DNA from: an uncultured Eubacteriales bacterium
GTDB taxonomy: Bacteria > Bacillota > Clostridia > Christensenellales > Aristaeellaceae
Direction of reading: 5' to 3'
Length of the DNA stretch: 64,000 bases
Assembly: GCA_902761755.1 (NCBI GenBank)
Contig: CACWLP010000002.1
Coordinates: forward strand, 26,935 to 90,934
Within the stretch, counting starts at the first letter, position 1. Each line of letters starts with the position of its first letter. The notes under the pieces were generated by a model that saw nothing but the letters and a program-made list of their open reading frames with translations, ran no database searches and was not told the origin of the DNA. Positions 8,519 through 17,672 of the stretch are shown here, in pieces. The position numbers were made by a program, and so were the translations under genes.

Positions 8519-9496
8519 TTGTACGAAATATCCATAAGCGGAGGAAGCGCCGTTCCGTTAAGATACAGGCAAAGGGAGAATAACCTGCTGCCCCTCGCCA
8601 AGGGCACGAAAGTGTACATCGGCTCCACCGCTTCCGCCATCACCCTGGAGGGCTACAAGAAGGTGCTGCCCGACTTCTGCGAGCTGGTGGAAGAAATCGA
8701 GGACGCCGACGTGGTGATCGCCGACTGCACCCAGAACAACGACGCCGCGGAGCTCATCATCGAGGACGCCAAGGACGCGGAAAAGAAGCTGGTCATCATC
8801 GCCAACTGCATCGATCCCGACACCTTCCTGCTGGAGCAGGGCGACGCCGTGCTGGGCCTCACCTTCTCCCGTCCCGCGGACCACGGCACCGGCGCCGGCG
8901 GCTTCATCACCACCACCGAGCCCATCGTGTTCGCCCAGCTGCTCTTCGGCGACGCCCAGCCTGCCGGCATGGTGGTTAAGGAGCTGGCCCGGGATTCCGC
9001 CATGGACAACGCCCAGTGGAAGGATCTGGCCGGCGACCAGGGCGCGAACCAGTGGGTGCGCATGATGCTGCTGGCTGTCATGAAGACCAGCGAAAACAAC
9101 ACCACCCCCAACAACTGGGGCGATCCCCTGGTTCAGTATCAGTACGGCATGCGGTACGGTGCGGAGCCCGACTTCGTCTACGACGCGCTGATCCTGCCCC
9201 GGGCCACCCATGAAGTGGAAACCGAGTCCAGCGGCTCCACCAGCATCAGCTATGAATCCGTGGTGGAAGCCAAGGCCGGCGAGCCCTTCACCGCCTACGT
9301 GCTGCTGTGGAACAACGGCGCCGACGGCATCACCACCGTGCAGGCCACCTGCGACGGCGAAGTGATCGCGGAAAAGATCATGGCCGTGTGCGGCGGCTCC
9401 TGGCGCGTGGTGGAAATGACCTTCACCGTGGATCAGCCCGGCGAGCACGTCATCACCGTGGGCGACCTGAGCAAAACCATCCAGATCGTCGAATGA
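8519..9496 (+). pseudogene. 5'-truncated GH3 paralog (C-terminal about 300 aa only; no catalytic N-domain and no signal peptide)
   Basis: Homology to the C-terminal third of 9779-12240 begins near 8576 (NNLLPLAKG vs NNLLPLAKD). Shared blocks include EEIEDADVV, WKDLAGDQGA, NNGADGxTT and GGSWRVV. The listed start is a TTG with no convincing Shine-Dalgarno, and the sequence upstream is a terminator plus unrelated DNA. Confidence 0.6.
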
Positions 9497-9518
9497 TCCC
9501 GCTGAAATAAACCCATCG

Positions 9519-9556
9519 GCCCGGCTGTCTTTGCGGCAGCCGGGCTTTTCCTATTT
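9519..9556 (+). terminator. Rho-independent terminator after the GH3 fragment
   Basis: GCCCGGCTG pairs with CAGCCGGGC, followed by TTTTCCTATTT. Confidence 0.65.
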
Positions 9557-9778
9557 ATTCATGTGCGGGATTTTCGGGGTGTTTGTGCGGGATTTTCCGG
9601 TTTTGACGGTTTCATGCACAAAACTGGCAGGATCGGTGCGCCATTTTTACAGTATCCCGTCCGTTTCCCGTGCTACCATAGGATCAGAAACCTGTGAAAG
9701 GAAGCGCCCCGCGTCGGAAGGGAGCTTTTCTGCACACGGGACGCGATCAACCGACGATTTGAAAGGAGCAAACGGACG

Positions 9779-12240
9779 ATGAAGAAACTTGCATGGCTGC
9801 TGGCTGTCATCATGCTGCTCAGCTGCGTATCCGGCGCTTTTGCGGAAGGCTCTGAGGGCGGCCCCGCCGGCCCCGGCGCCCCCGCGGAAGAACCCGTAGG
9901 CGCCAACCAGGTCATGGATGTGCGCGCCAACCAGGTGGACCCGGAAGTCGCCGCCGCGGAGCAGGCTTTCCTGGAGGGCAACTGTGAATTCTCCGTGATC
10001 GAAGCGGACGAAACCACCGGCCAGAAGAAGCTCTCCTACATCGAGGGCGTGACCCCCATCCTGGAAGTGGACGGCCTGAAATTCAAGGACCTGAACAAGA
10101 ACGGCGAGCTGGACGTGTATGAGGACTGGCGCGAGGAGACCGACACCCGCGTGGCCGACCTGATCAGCCAGATGACCCCCGAAGAAGAAGTGGGATTGCT
10201 GTTCTGCGTCAACACCCAGCTGTACGACGCCCGGAACATGGTGAAGGAATACGCCCTCACCTGCCAGCTGTTCAACCTGAACGGCACCCCCATCACCATC
10301 ACCAACACCCTGAACAACCTGCAGGCCGCCGCGGAAGCGGAGCGCCTGGGGTGTTCACCTCCGACCGTGAATACAATTCCTTTGGCGGCTACATCGACAA
10401 GGCCCACGAGGGCTTCGGCACCGCCAACGATCCGGAACTGGCCTATCAGCTGGCCTGCTTCTACGGCAAGGCCATGCGGGCCGTGGGCATCCACGTGACC
10501 TTCGAGCCCTACGCCGAGGAAATCGGCGCCCAGTACGGCGAGAACCCCGAATACATCGCCGCCATTGTGCATGAGGAAATCAAGGGCCTGGAAGAAAACG
10601 GCCTGGCTTCCTGCACCAAACACTGGATCGGCCGCGGCGGCGACTCCGCCTTCGGCAAGGCCCGGTCCGTTGCCCAGAACTTTGACAACTGGATGGTGGG
10701 CTGGAAGGCCGCGCTGTCCGGCGGCTCCGAGTGGGTCATGACCAACTGCGGCGGCACCGGCATCACCAACACCGTGGACGTCAAGTGGGACAAGGCCACC
10801 ATGGATTACCTGCGCAAGGAAATCGGCTTTGACGGCGTGGTCGTCACCGACTGGTGGGCCCTGGGCGGCGGTCCCAGCAACCCCGGCCGTATGAGCGGCA
10901 TCACTCCCGAAGGCGTGGACCTGGGGCAGCAGACCATCGGCTGGCTGTACAACGAAGCCCTGGCCAACGGCACCGACATGTTCGGCTCCGGCTCCATGAT
11001 CCGCGATTACAGCAACTGGGAGCAGTCTCCCTCCTCCAACTATCCCCAGGCCATCATCGACGGCCTGGCCAGCGGCGAAGTGGACAAGGCCAACGTGGAT
11101 ATGGCCGCCACCCGCATCCTGCGGTTCAAGTACAACAAGGATCTGTTTGAGAATCCCTACTGCGACGTGCAGGCCGCCGTGGAGCTGTGCGCCAGCGCCG
11201 AGTGGGCCGCCAATCCCACCCCCATCACCAACGACGAAGAGCTGCGGGCTGCCCGGAACCCCTACGAAGTGGAGCTGACCGAAAAGCTGCAGGCCAAATC
11301 CGCCGTGCTGGTGAAGAACGACAATAACCTGCTGCCCCTTGCCAAGGACGCCAAGATCTACCTGGATGCCAGCAGTAAGGACGCCAAGGAAGCCTATGCC
11401 CGGTACTTCACCGAGAAGGGCGCCACCCTGGTGGAGGAAATGGAAGACGCCGACGTGGTGGTGGGCGACTTCGGCACCATCAACGACGCCACCGAGCTGT
11501 TCATCGAGGACGCGCAGGACGCCGGCAAGCCCATCGTGCTGACGCTGAACTGCACCAAGCCCACCCAGTTCGCCATCGAGAGCGCCGACGCGCTGCTGTA
11601 CATGAGCTACAGCCAGGGCGCCGATCACGGCTCCACCGAGGGCGGCTTCATCACCGGCACCGCCCCCTGGGTCTATGCCGATCTGATCTTCGGCGACCGT
11701 GAGCCCGGCGGCGTCATCAACAAGGAAATCGCCCGGGACGTGACCGCCGACAACGAGCAGTGGAAAGACCTGGCCGGCGATCAGGGCGCTTCTCCCTACG
11801 TGCGGCTGATTGTGCAGGCCTTGATGGAAGACGATCCCAACCACGCTTCTCCCATCAATTACGGCGATCCGCTGGTCACCTACCAGTTCGGCATGAGCTA
11901 CGGCAAGGATCCGGAATTCAAGTATTCCGCCCTGATCGTGCCCGTGACCATGGAAACCAAGGAGGTTGAATCCGGCTCCTCCACCAGCACGCAGACCACC
12001 GTGTGGAACCAGGCGAAAGCCGGCGAGCCCTTCACCGTGTACTGCCTGCTGCGCAACAACGGCGCGGACGGCCTCACCACCGCCCAGGCCAAGGTCAACG
12101 GCGAAGTGGTGGCTGAAAAGATCATGACGGTGGAAGGCGGCTCCTGGCGCGTGGTGCAGATGGACATCACTGTGGACGCTCCCGGTGATTACACCATCGA
12201 AATCGGCGACGCCGTGAACACCATCAAGATCGCCGAATAA
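9779..12240 (+). pseudogene. GH3 glycosidase paralog interrupted by a -1 frameshift in a G4 run (ORFs 9779-10498 and 10351-12240)
   Basis: The first ORF has a signal peptide (MKKLAWLLAVIMLLSCVSGAFAEG) and matches the intact copy up to AAAEAERLG. Homology continues in the other frame from GTG 10351 (VFTSDREYNSFGG vs VVLSCDRSYNTWAG; KHWIGRGG; GVVVTDWW). One extra G at 10348-10351 would restore an open frame of about 820 aa. Confidence 0.75.
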
Positions 12241-12257
12241 AGCCCAAAACAAAATCC

Positions 12258-12295
12258 GGAGGCTGCCCCGTTGGGGGCAGCCTCCTTCTGTTCTG
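12258..12295. terminator. Bidirectional terminator between convergent genes
   Basis: GGAGGCTGCCCC gtt GGGGCAGCCTCC has T-rich tracts on both strands (TTCTGTTCTG on +, GGATTTTGTTTTGGG on -). Confidence 0.75.
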
Positions 12296-12368
12296 CAAAC
12301 AACCGCAGGAAAGGCATCAGCTGCATAGACGACAGGATCCAATCGGGATATTCCCGCCGTGCCTGTAA

Positions 12369-12929
12369 TCAGAACATGAGCGCGAAGGTCTGCTCAATGG
12401 TGCTTACTTCAAAGGTGATATCGTATTCGTTGAGCTGATTGGCTGCGCCGGAATAATACTGGTCGAACTGCCCTGCGGTTTCCTCGCTGTATTCCAGCAC
12501 GACGACGTCGACGGTTTTCAGATGCAGCAGATAGAAGGCTCCCTGGCCTTTTACCAGCAGGGTGCCGGTGGCGCCGGTTTCGGCCAGGTTCAGCGCGTTC
12601 TGGCCCTGGGTCAGCCGCACGTACGCTTTTCCGTCTTCGTATTTCCATTCGCTGATGGTGCTCAGGCCCACGGAACCGTCCGGATTGATGCTCATGATCT
12701 GGGCGGTGGACGCGCCCTGCTTTGCCACGTATCCTTCGGCCTTTGCTTCATCGGCGGAGGAAAGCAAAGAGCTTTGGGCCACCAGGATTTTTTCCGCCGC
12801 CATGAGAGCCTCGCCGGTCAGAACGGTCTTGGTGGAAGAGGCGGAGGTATAGGCGTCCGGGGTTTCAGCCGACGCGGCAAGGGGGAGAAGCATACACAGC
12901 GCAATGACGGCGGCAAGCAGTTTTTTCAT
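12369..12929 (-). CDS. Secreted hypothetical protein
   Basis: ATG at 12927-12929 with an AAAGGGG Shine-Dalgarno. Signal peptide MKKLLAAVIALCMLLPLAASAETP. No recognisable family. The upstream 91 codons of the listed ORF were discarded. Confidence 0.6.
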   Translation of the reverse strand: MKKLLAAVIALCMLLPLAASAETPDAYTSASSTKTVLTGEALMAAEKILVAQSSLLSSADEAKAEGYVAKQGASTAQIMSINPDGSVGLSTISEWKYEDGKAYVRLTQGQNALNLAETGATGTLLVKGQGAFYLLHLKTVDVVVLEYSEETAGQFDQYYSGAANQLNEYDITFEVSTIEQTFALMF

Positions 12930-13083
12930 AGGTGGATACCCCTTTCTTTTTTTCTTGATTGTATCATACCAACAAGCATTCGTCCAGCCCCCGCCGGCGC
13001 GGGCAGAGCGGCCATTGCTGTCAGGATTTTTCGTAAAAATGGGCCGGGATGACGGAAAAAACAAAACGAAGGGGTTCCCTCGA

Positions 13084-13113
13084 TTGACAGGGTGGAAGAA
13101 AATGCAATATAGT
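13084..13113 (+). promoter_or_regulatory. Sigma-A-type promoter
   Basis: TTGACA (13084-13089), 18-nt spacer, TATAGT (13108-13113). Confidence 0.5.
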
Positions 13114-13200
13114 ACTTTCGGAAAACAAAACGATTCGGCTGTACGCCGCGCATGTGCAGCGGATGCGGAGAAACGAAAAATAACGAGAAGGACATCCACC

Positions 13201-13353
13201 ATGAAAAGAACAGCAGCGATTCTTCTGGCCCTTACCTTTGCGCTCGTATCCGCAGGCTGTGAAATCAGTGGGGTCGCAACGCCTCAGGAGGGCACTTTGA
13301 ATATCCGGATCGTCGTCGCCGGCCAGGACGGCGTGCTGGGAAGCGCTCAATAA
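13201..13353 (+). CDS. Small (50 aa) putative lipoprotein
   Basis: MKRTAAILLALTFALVSAGC carries a lipobox (LVSAG-C). A short hairpin terminator follows. Confidence 0.45.
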   Translation: MKRTAAILLALTFALVSAGCEISGVATPQEGTLNIRIVVAGQDGVLGSAQ

Positions 13354-13357
13354 TTTT

Positions 13358-13383
13358 GCCGGCCAGAAAGCCGGCCCTTTTTG
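13358..13383 (+). terminator. Short hairpin terminator
   Basis: GCCGGC cagaaa GCCGGC, followed by CCTTTTTG. Confidence 0.45.
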
Positions 13384-13499
13384 CCGCGCGGTTTTCAGAA
13401 AAACGCTGCGCCTGCCAAATCTTCCCGCATCTGGCTTTCGCATAAATCCTCCTGCCATGGAAAACCTATGGCTGAAAACGGTCAAGGAGGCGCAATGCA

Positions 13500-14054
13500 T
13501 TGCGAGCGACGGGAATCGTAAGAAGAATAGACGAGCTGGGGCGCGTGGTGATCCCCAAAGAAATCAGAAGAACGCTGCGGATCCGCGAGGGCGACCCGCT
13601 GGAGATCTACACGGACCGGGACGGGGAAGTGATCCTCAAGAAGTATTCGCCCATCGGGGAGATGTCGTCCTTTGCCAAGGACTATACGGAATCGCTGTTC
13701 CGTTCGCTGGGGCACATCGCCTGCATCGTGGACCGGGACCAGGTGGTGGCGGCCAGCGGGGTGAGCAAGAAAGAACTGTGGGACAAGCCCATCAGCCCCG
13801 ATCTGGAAAGCGCCATCCAGGCGCGGCAGACGGTGAGCTCCAGCCGGATGAGCGGGGGCAAGATCGTGCCCGTCACCAACGAGGAGGACGTATCCGGCTA
13901 TACGGCCCAGGTGGTATCGCCCATCATTGCGGACGGGGAGGCCATCGGCGCGGTGCTGCTGCTGTCCCGGGAGCAGGGGGCCAAGATGGGGGACACGGAG
14001 GTGAAGGTGGCGGAGACCGCCGCCGGCATTGTGGGCCGGCAGATGGAGCAGTAA
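13500..14054 (+). CDS. spoVT: Stage V sporulation protein T (AbrB-family transcription factor)
   Basis: TTG start 9 nt after AAGGAGG. RATGIVRRIDELGRVVIPKEIRRTLRIREGDPLEIYTDRDGEVILKKYSP and the C-terminal VAETAAGIVGRQMEQ closely match SpoVT. Confidence 0.9.
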   Translation: MRATGIVRRIDELGRVVIPKEIRRTLRIREGDPLEIYTDRDGEVILKKYSPIGEMSSFAKDYTESLFRSLGHIACIVDRDQVVAASGVSKKELWDKPISPDLESAIQARQTVSSSRMSGGKIVPVTNEEDVSGYTAQVVSPIIADGEAIGAVLLLSREQGAKMGDTEVKVAETAAGIVGRQMEQ

Positions 14055-14073
14055 TCGTCCAAAACAGAAAAGG

Positions 14074-14113
14074 GGATGTTGCGTAAAGCCAATCTGCAAC
14101 ATCCTCTTTGTTT
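14074..14113 (+). terminator. Rho-independent terminator of spoVT
   Basis: GGATGTTGC (14074-14082) pairs with GCAACATCC (14096-14104), followed by TCTTTGTTT. Confidence 0.7.
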
Positions 14114-14165
14114 ACAGGGATATTGGTTTTCAAAAAAAGAATGACCAACAGTGAATACCGGGAAA

Positions 14166-14333
14166 TCGAAGAACCCCGGGGTGGTTTGGAGGGACCGCAG
14201 TCCCTCCAAGCGGAATCCGCAGCAGCGACCTGTGCGCTGCGAGGAGCATTTTTGCTAAAGCAGAGCATGCCCTGCGAGAGCAAAAATGCTTTCCTTGCGC
14301 TGGAGGATCCATTTGATCGAAGGGGCTGTGCAA
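14166..14333. repeat. Degenerate, shortened relative of the hairpin-rich intergenic element
   Basis: TTGGAGGGACcgcaGTCCCTCCAA, CCTGTGCGCTGCGAGG (compare GGCCTGTGCGCTTTGCGCGCAGGG in copy 1), a central long hairpin GAGCATTTTTGCT...AGCAAAAATGCTT, and AAGGGGCTGtgcaaCAGCCCCTT. Confidence 0.4.
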
Positions 14334-14348
14334 CAGCCCCTTGTTTGT

Positions 14349-15740
14349 TCAGCGCCCGCCCATATCGGTCAGGAAGGCGGCGTAGGCGCGGATGGCTTCG
14401 TACAGGTCGGCCTTGCTGATGATCTCGTTGGGGGCGTGCATGGACAGCACCGGCACGCCGCTGTCGATGACCTCCATGCCGTACAGGGCGCAGATGTAGG
14501 CGATGGTGCCGCCGCCGCCCAGGTCCACCCGGCCCAGCTCCGCGGTCTGCCAGGAGATCTTATGATCGTCCATGATTTTGCGCAGGCGGCCCAGGAATTC
14601 GGCGTTGGCGTCGTTGCTGCCGGATTTGCCGCCCCGGCCGGTGAACTTATTGTAGCACACGCCGCGGCCCAGGAAAGCGGCGTTTTTCTTTTCAAAGGCG
14701 GCGGCGTACAGGGGATCGAAGCCCGCGCTCACGTCGCAGGAGAGCATGCGGCTGGCGGCCAGGGCGCGGCGGAGGCGCAGATCGCCTTCCTCGCCGGTCA
14801 GGGCCATGAGCTCCGCCACGGCGTTTTCAAAATACCGGGCCTGCATGCCCGTGGCGCCCACGGAGCCGATCTCCTCCTTGTCCGCCAGCAGGCAGCAGCA
14901 GGTGTATTCCGGGATTTCGGGCAGCGTGGCCATGGCGGCCAGCTCCGCGTAGGCGCACACCCGGTCGTCGTGGCCGTAGCCCAGGATCATGCTGCGGTCC
15001 AGGCCGTAATCCCGGGCTTTTCCGGCGGGCACGGCCTCGATCTCGGCGGAGAGCATATCCTCCTCCTCCAGGCCGTACTTGTCCTTGAGGATTTTCAGCA
15101 GCGCGGCCTTGACGGGCTCCTTGTCCTCGCCCTTTAAGGGCCGGCCCGCCAGCATGATATCCAGCCCTTCGCCGGTGATGGCTTCGCTGAGCTTCTTGGC
15201 CATCTGTTCCTGGCTCAGATGGATCAGCAGATCGGAAATGCCCACCACGGGGTCCTTATCGTCCTCGCCGATCACGAGGGAGACCGCCGTGCCGTCCTTC
15301 TTCACCGCCACGCCGTGCAGGGCCAGGGGCCGGGCCACCCACTGGTATTTCTTGATGCCGCCGTAATAATGGGTGTCGGCGTAGGCGATATCGGCGTCCT
15401 CATAGAAGGGATTCTGTTTCAGGTCGATCCGGGGGGAGTCGATATGGGCGCCCACGATGTTGAGGCCCTTTTCCAGGGGCTGCTTTCCCAGATGGAACAG
15501 CATCACGGCCTTGCCCATCTGCACCTGATAAAATTTGTCCCCGGGCCGGACTCCGCCGCCCTTCTTTACCGCGGCGGCCAGGGGGAGATACCCGTTCTCC
15601 TCCGCCATGCGCACGGCTTCGGCGGCGCATTCCCGCTCGGTCTTGCCCTTGTCCAGAAAAGCCTTGTAGCCCTGGGCGGCGCTCTCCACCGCTTTCAGGG
15701 CTTTCTGATCGTATTTCTTCCAGGCGTTTTCGCGTTCCAT
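14349..15740 (-). CDS. M18-family aminopeptidase (aspartyl aminopeptidase-like)
   Basis: MERENAWKKYDQK start 8 nt after AAAGGAG. GAHIDSPRIDLKQNP, GYGHDDRVCAY, ADKEEIGS and LSMHAPNE are typical M18 metal-site and fold motifs. Confidence 0.8.
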   Translation of the reverse strand: MERENAWKKYDQKALKAVESAAQGYKAFLDKGKTERECAAEAVRMAEENGYLPLAAAVKKGGGVRPGDKFYQVQMGKAVMLFHLGKQPLEKGLNIVGAHIDSPRIDLKQNPFYEDADIAYADTHYYGGIKKYQWVARPLALHGVAVKKDGTAVSLVIGEDDKDPVVGISDLLIHLSQEQMAKKLSEAITGEGLDIMLAGRPLKGEDKEPVKAALLKILKDKYGLEEEDMLSAEIEAVPAGKARDYGLDRSMILGYGHDDRVCAYAELAAMATLPEIPEYTCCCLLADKEEIGSVGATGMQARYFENAVAELMALTGEEGDLRLRRALAASRMLSCDVSAGFDPLYAAAFEKKNAAFLGRGVCYNKFTGRGGKSGSNDANAEFLGRLRKIMDDHKISWQTAELGRVDLGGGGTIAYICALYGMEVIDSGVPVLSMHAPNEIISKADLYEAIRAYAAFLTDMGGR

Positions 15741-15826
15741 AAAAAACACTCCTTTTCGCAGCATGCCGGTTTGTCCCGTTTATCCTACCACGCCGGGCGG
15801 AAAAAAACAAGGGGTGGAAGCGGGGA

Positions 15827-16585
15827 TCATTCCTGCCACGCAGACAGGGTTTCCCGCATCCAGGCGTACACGTCCATGCCGTAGACGGCACGCAGGTTTT
15901 CCTTCGTCAATACCTTGCCGATCTCCCCCCGGCACACGCATTTCCCGCGGTCCATCAGCAGGGCGTGGGTGCCCCAGCGCCGGGCCAGGCTCAGATCGTG
16001 CACCACGGACAGCACAGCCCGGCCCGGGGCGTTCAGCCATTCCCGGATCAGCGTAAAAATCTGCCGCTGGTATTTGAGGTCCAGGTGATTGGCGGGCTCG
16101 TCCAGGATCAGCACCCGGGGGTCCTGGGCGAAGACCTGAGAAAGGAACGCCCGCTGGGCTTCGCCGCCGGAAAGGGTGAGCATGCTGGCGCGGCGGAGGG
16201 ACTGCATGCCGGTCATTTCCAGCGCCCGGTCCACCATTTCCCGGTCCCGAGGGCTGCCGGGGGAAAAGGGGCCGGAGCGGTGGGCGTAGCGGCCCAGCTC
16301 CGCCACCTCCTCCACGGTGAAGGCGTAGGCCGCGGCGTTCCGCTGGGACAGCACGCCGATCTCCCGGGCCCGCTGCGCCGGCTTCAGGGCCCGCAGGTCC
16401 CGGCCGTCCAGGAGGATTTTTCCATCGTAAGGCACCCCTTGGGCGACGGCCTCCACCAGGGTGGATTTCCCCGCGCCGTTGGGCCCCGCCAGCATCAGCC
16501 ACTGGCCCGCCTCCAGGGAGAAGGAAACATCGTCCACCGCGGGAAAATCCCCGTAGCGCACGGTGATATGGCTGCCCGTCAGCAT
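15827..16585 (-). CDS. ABC transporter ATP-binding protein, iron-siderophore/cobalamin (FecE/BtuD-like) type
   Basis: Walker A GPNGAGKST, signature LSGGEAQR, Walker B VLILDEP. The start MLTGSHITV at 16585 overlaps the permease stop by 7 nt. Confidence 0.85.
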   Translation of the reverse strand: MLTGSHITVRYGDFPAVDDVSFSLEAGQWLMLAGPNGAGKSTLVEAVAQGVPYDGKILLDGRDLRALKPAQRAREIGVLSQRNAAAYAFTVEEVAELGRYAHRSGPFSPGSPRDREMVDRALEMTGMQSLRRASMLTLSGGEAQRAFLSQVFAQDPRVLILDEPANHLDLKYQRQIFTLIREWLNAPGRAVLSVVHDLSLARRWGTHALLMDRGKCVCRGEIGKVLTKENLRAVYGMDVYAWMRETLSAWQE

Positions 16586-17622
16586 CGTTTGTTCCCCGCC
16601 TTTCCGGTGCGGTAAAAAATCACCACGAAGGTCACGGCCCCCGCCAGGGACGTGACCACGCCGATGGGCAGCTGCCGGCTGCCCAGCAGCGTGCGGGCGA
16701 TGAGATCGGCCAAAAGCAGGAAAATGGCGCCGGAAAACAGCGATACGGGCAGCAGCCGCCTGTGATTGGGCCCCACCAGCATCCGGGCGATATGGGGCAT
16801 CACCAGGCCCACGAACCCGATGGTGCCGCCGATGGACACGCACACCCCGATGAGCACCGACACCGCGATGAGCACCGTCAGCTTCACGGCCTTCACATTC
16901 ACCCCCACGTGGCGGGCGTTGTCTTCCCCCAGGGCGAAGGCGTTCAGCGCCCGGCTGCTGAACAGAAGCACCGTGCCGCAGACGGCCAGCGCCATTAGGA
17001 GGATCAGCACGTCCCGGTACATGCTGTCCGCCAGGGAGCCCATGGTCCAGAAGGTGATGGATTTGATTTTCTCCCCGGAAAAGTTGATCACCAGGTTTAT
17101 CAGCGCCGAGGCGAACATGGAATAGATCATGCCGATGAGAATGATGGAGTGGGTGGAAAAGGACCGGTCCAGCGCGTAGGCCAGCCCCAGGATCAGCAGG
17201 AGCGAGCCGAAGGCGAAGGCCATGGCCGTCACCATGGTGCCCGCGTACGGCACCCCGGGAACGGTGATCCCGAAGGCCATGGCCGCCACCGCGCCCAGGG
17301 ACGCGCCGGTGGAGACCCCCAAGGTGGAGCCGTCCGCCAGGGGGTTGCGCAAAAGGCCCTGCATGGCCGCGCCGCACAGGGACAGGGACGCGCCGGTGAG
17401 CGCCGCGCACAGCGAGCGCTGGATCCGCCGGGACAGGATGGAAGCGATATAGGGGATCGGCGGTTCCCCTCCCGTCAGCATACTCCGCAGGGCGTCCGCC
17501 ATATCCCGGAGGGCCAGGGGCTCGCTGCCCAGCAGCACGCACAGCCCCAGTGCCAGCAGAAGCGCCAGGGTGCAGAGCAGGCAGTCCGCGGCGGTAAAGG
17601 TGTTTCTTTTCGTTTTCTGCAT
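16579..17622 (-). CDS. FecCD/BtuC-family ABC transporter permease
   Basis: Polytopic membrane protein with GAAMQGLLRNPLADGSTLGVSTGASLG and IGFVGLVMPHIARMLVG motifs. Confidence 0.85.
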   Translation of the reverse strand: MQKTKRNTFTAADCLLCTLALLLALGLCVLLGSEPLALRDMADALRSMLTGGEPPIPYIASILSRRIQRSLCAALTGASLSLCGAAMQGLLRNPLADGSTLGVSTGASLGAVAAMAFGITVPGVPYAGTMVTAMAFAFGSLLLILGLAYALDRSFSTHSIILIGMIYSMFASALINLVINFSGEKIKSITFWTMGSLADSMYRDVLILLMALAVCGTVLLFSSRALNAFALGEDNARHVGVNVKAVKLTVLIAVSVLIGVCVSIGGTIGFVGLVMPHIARMLVGPNHRRLLPVSLFSGAIFLLLADLIARTLLGSRQLPIGVVTSLAGAVTFVVIFYRTGKAGNKRC

Positions 17623-17672
17623 TTTTTATCAAAGGGGGAGGGGCCGGAGGGCCGGCCCGCTCCCCGATGCGT

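Noticed and set aside
10340-10356. Programmed ribosomal frameshifting at the GH3 split.
   Set aside because: There is no X-XXY-YYZ slippery heptamer, no obvious downstream pseudoknot or hairpin, and the shift sits in a simple G4 run. Mutation or sequencing error is the simpler explanation.
13400-13499. A forespore sigma-G/sigma-F-type promoter upstream of spoVT.
   Set aside because: A GCATA element is present near 13439. However, no CATnnTA-type -10 lies at the required 17-18-nt spacing, so I cannot support a call from sequence alone.
15827-17632. A 601-aa ORF that appears to fuse an N-terminal extension to the ABC ATPase.
   Set aside because: The N-terminal 349 residues are an out-of-frame read across the FecCD permease gene (16579-17622), which has clear permease motifs. 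The ATPase starts at MLTGSHITV (16585) with the usual 7-nt overlap.
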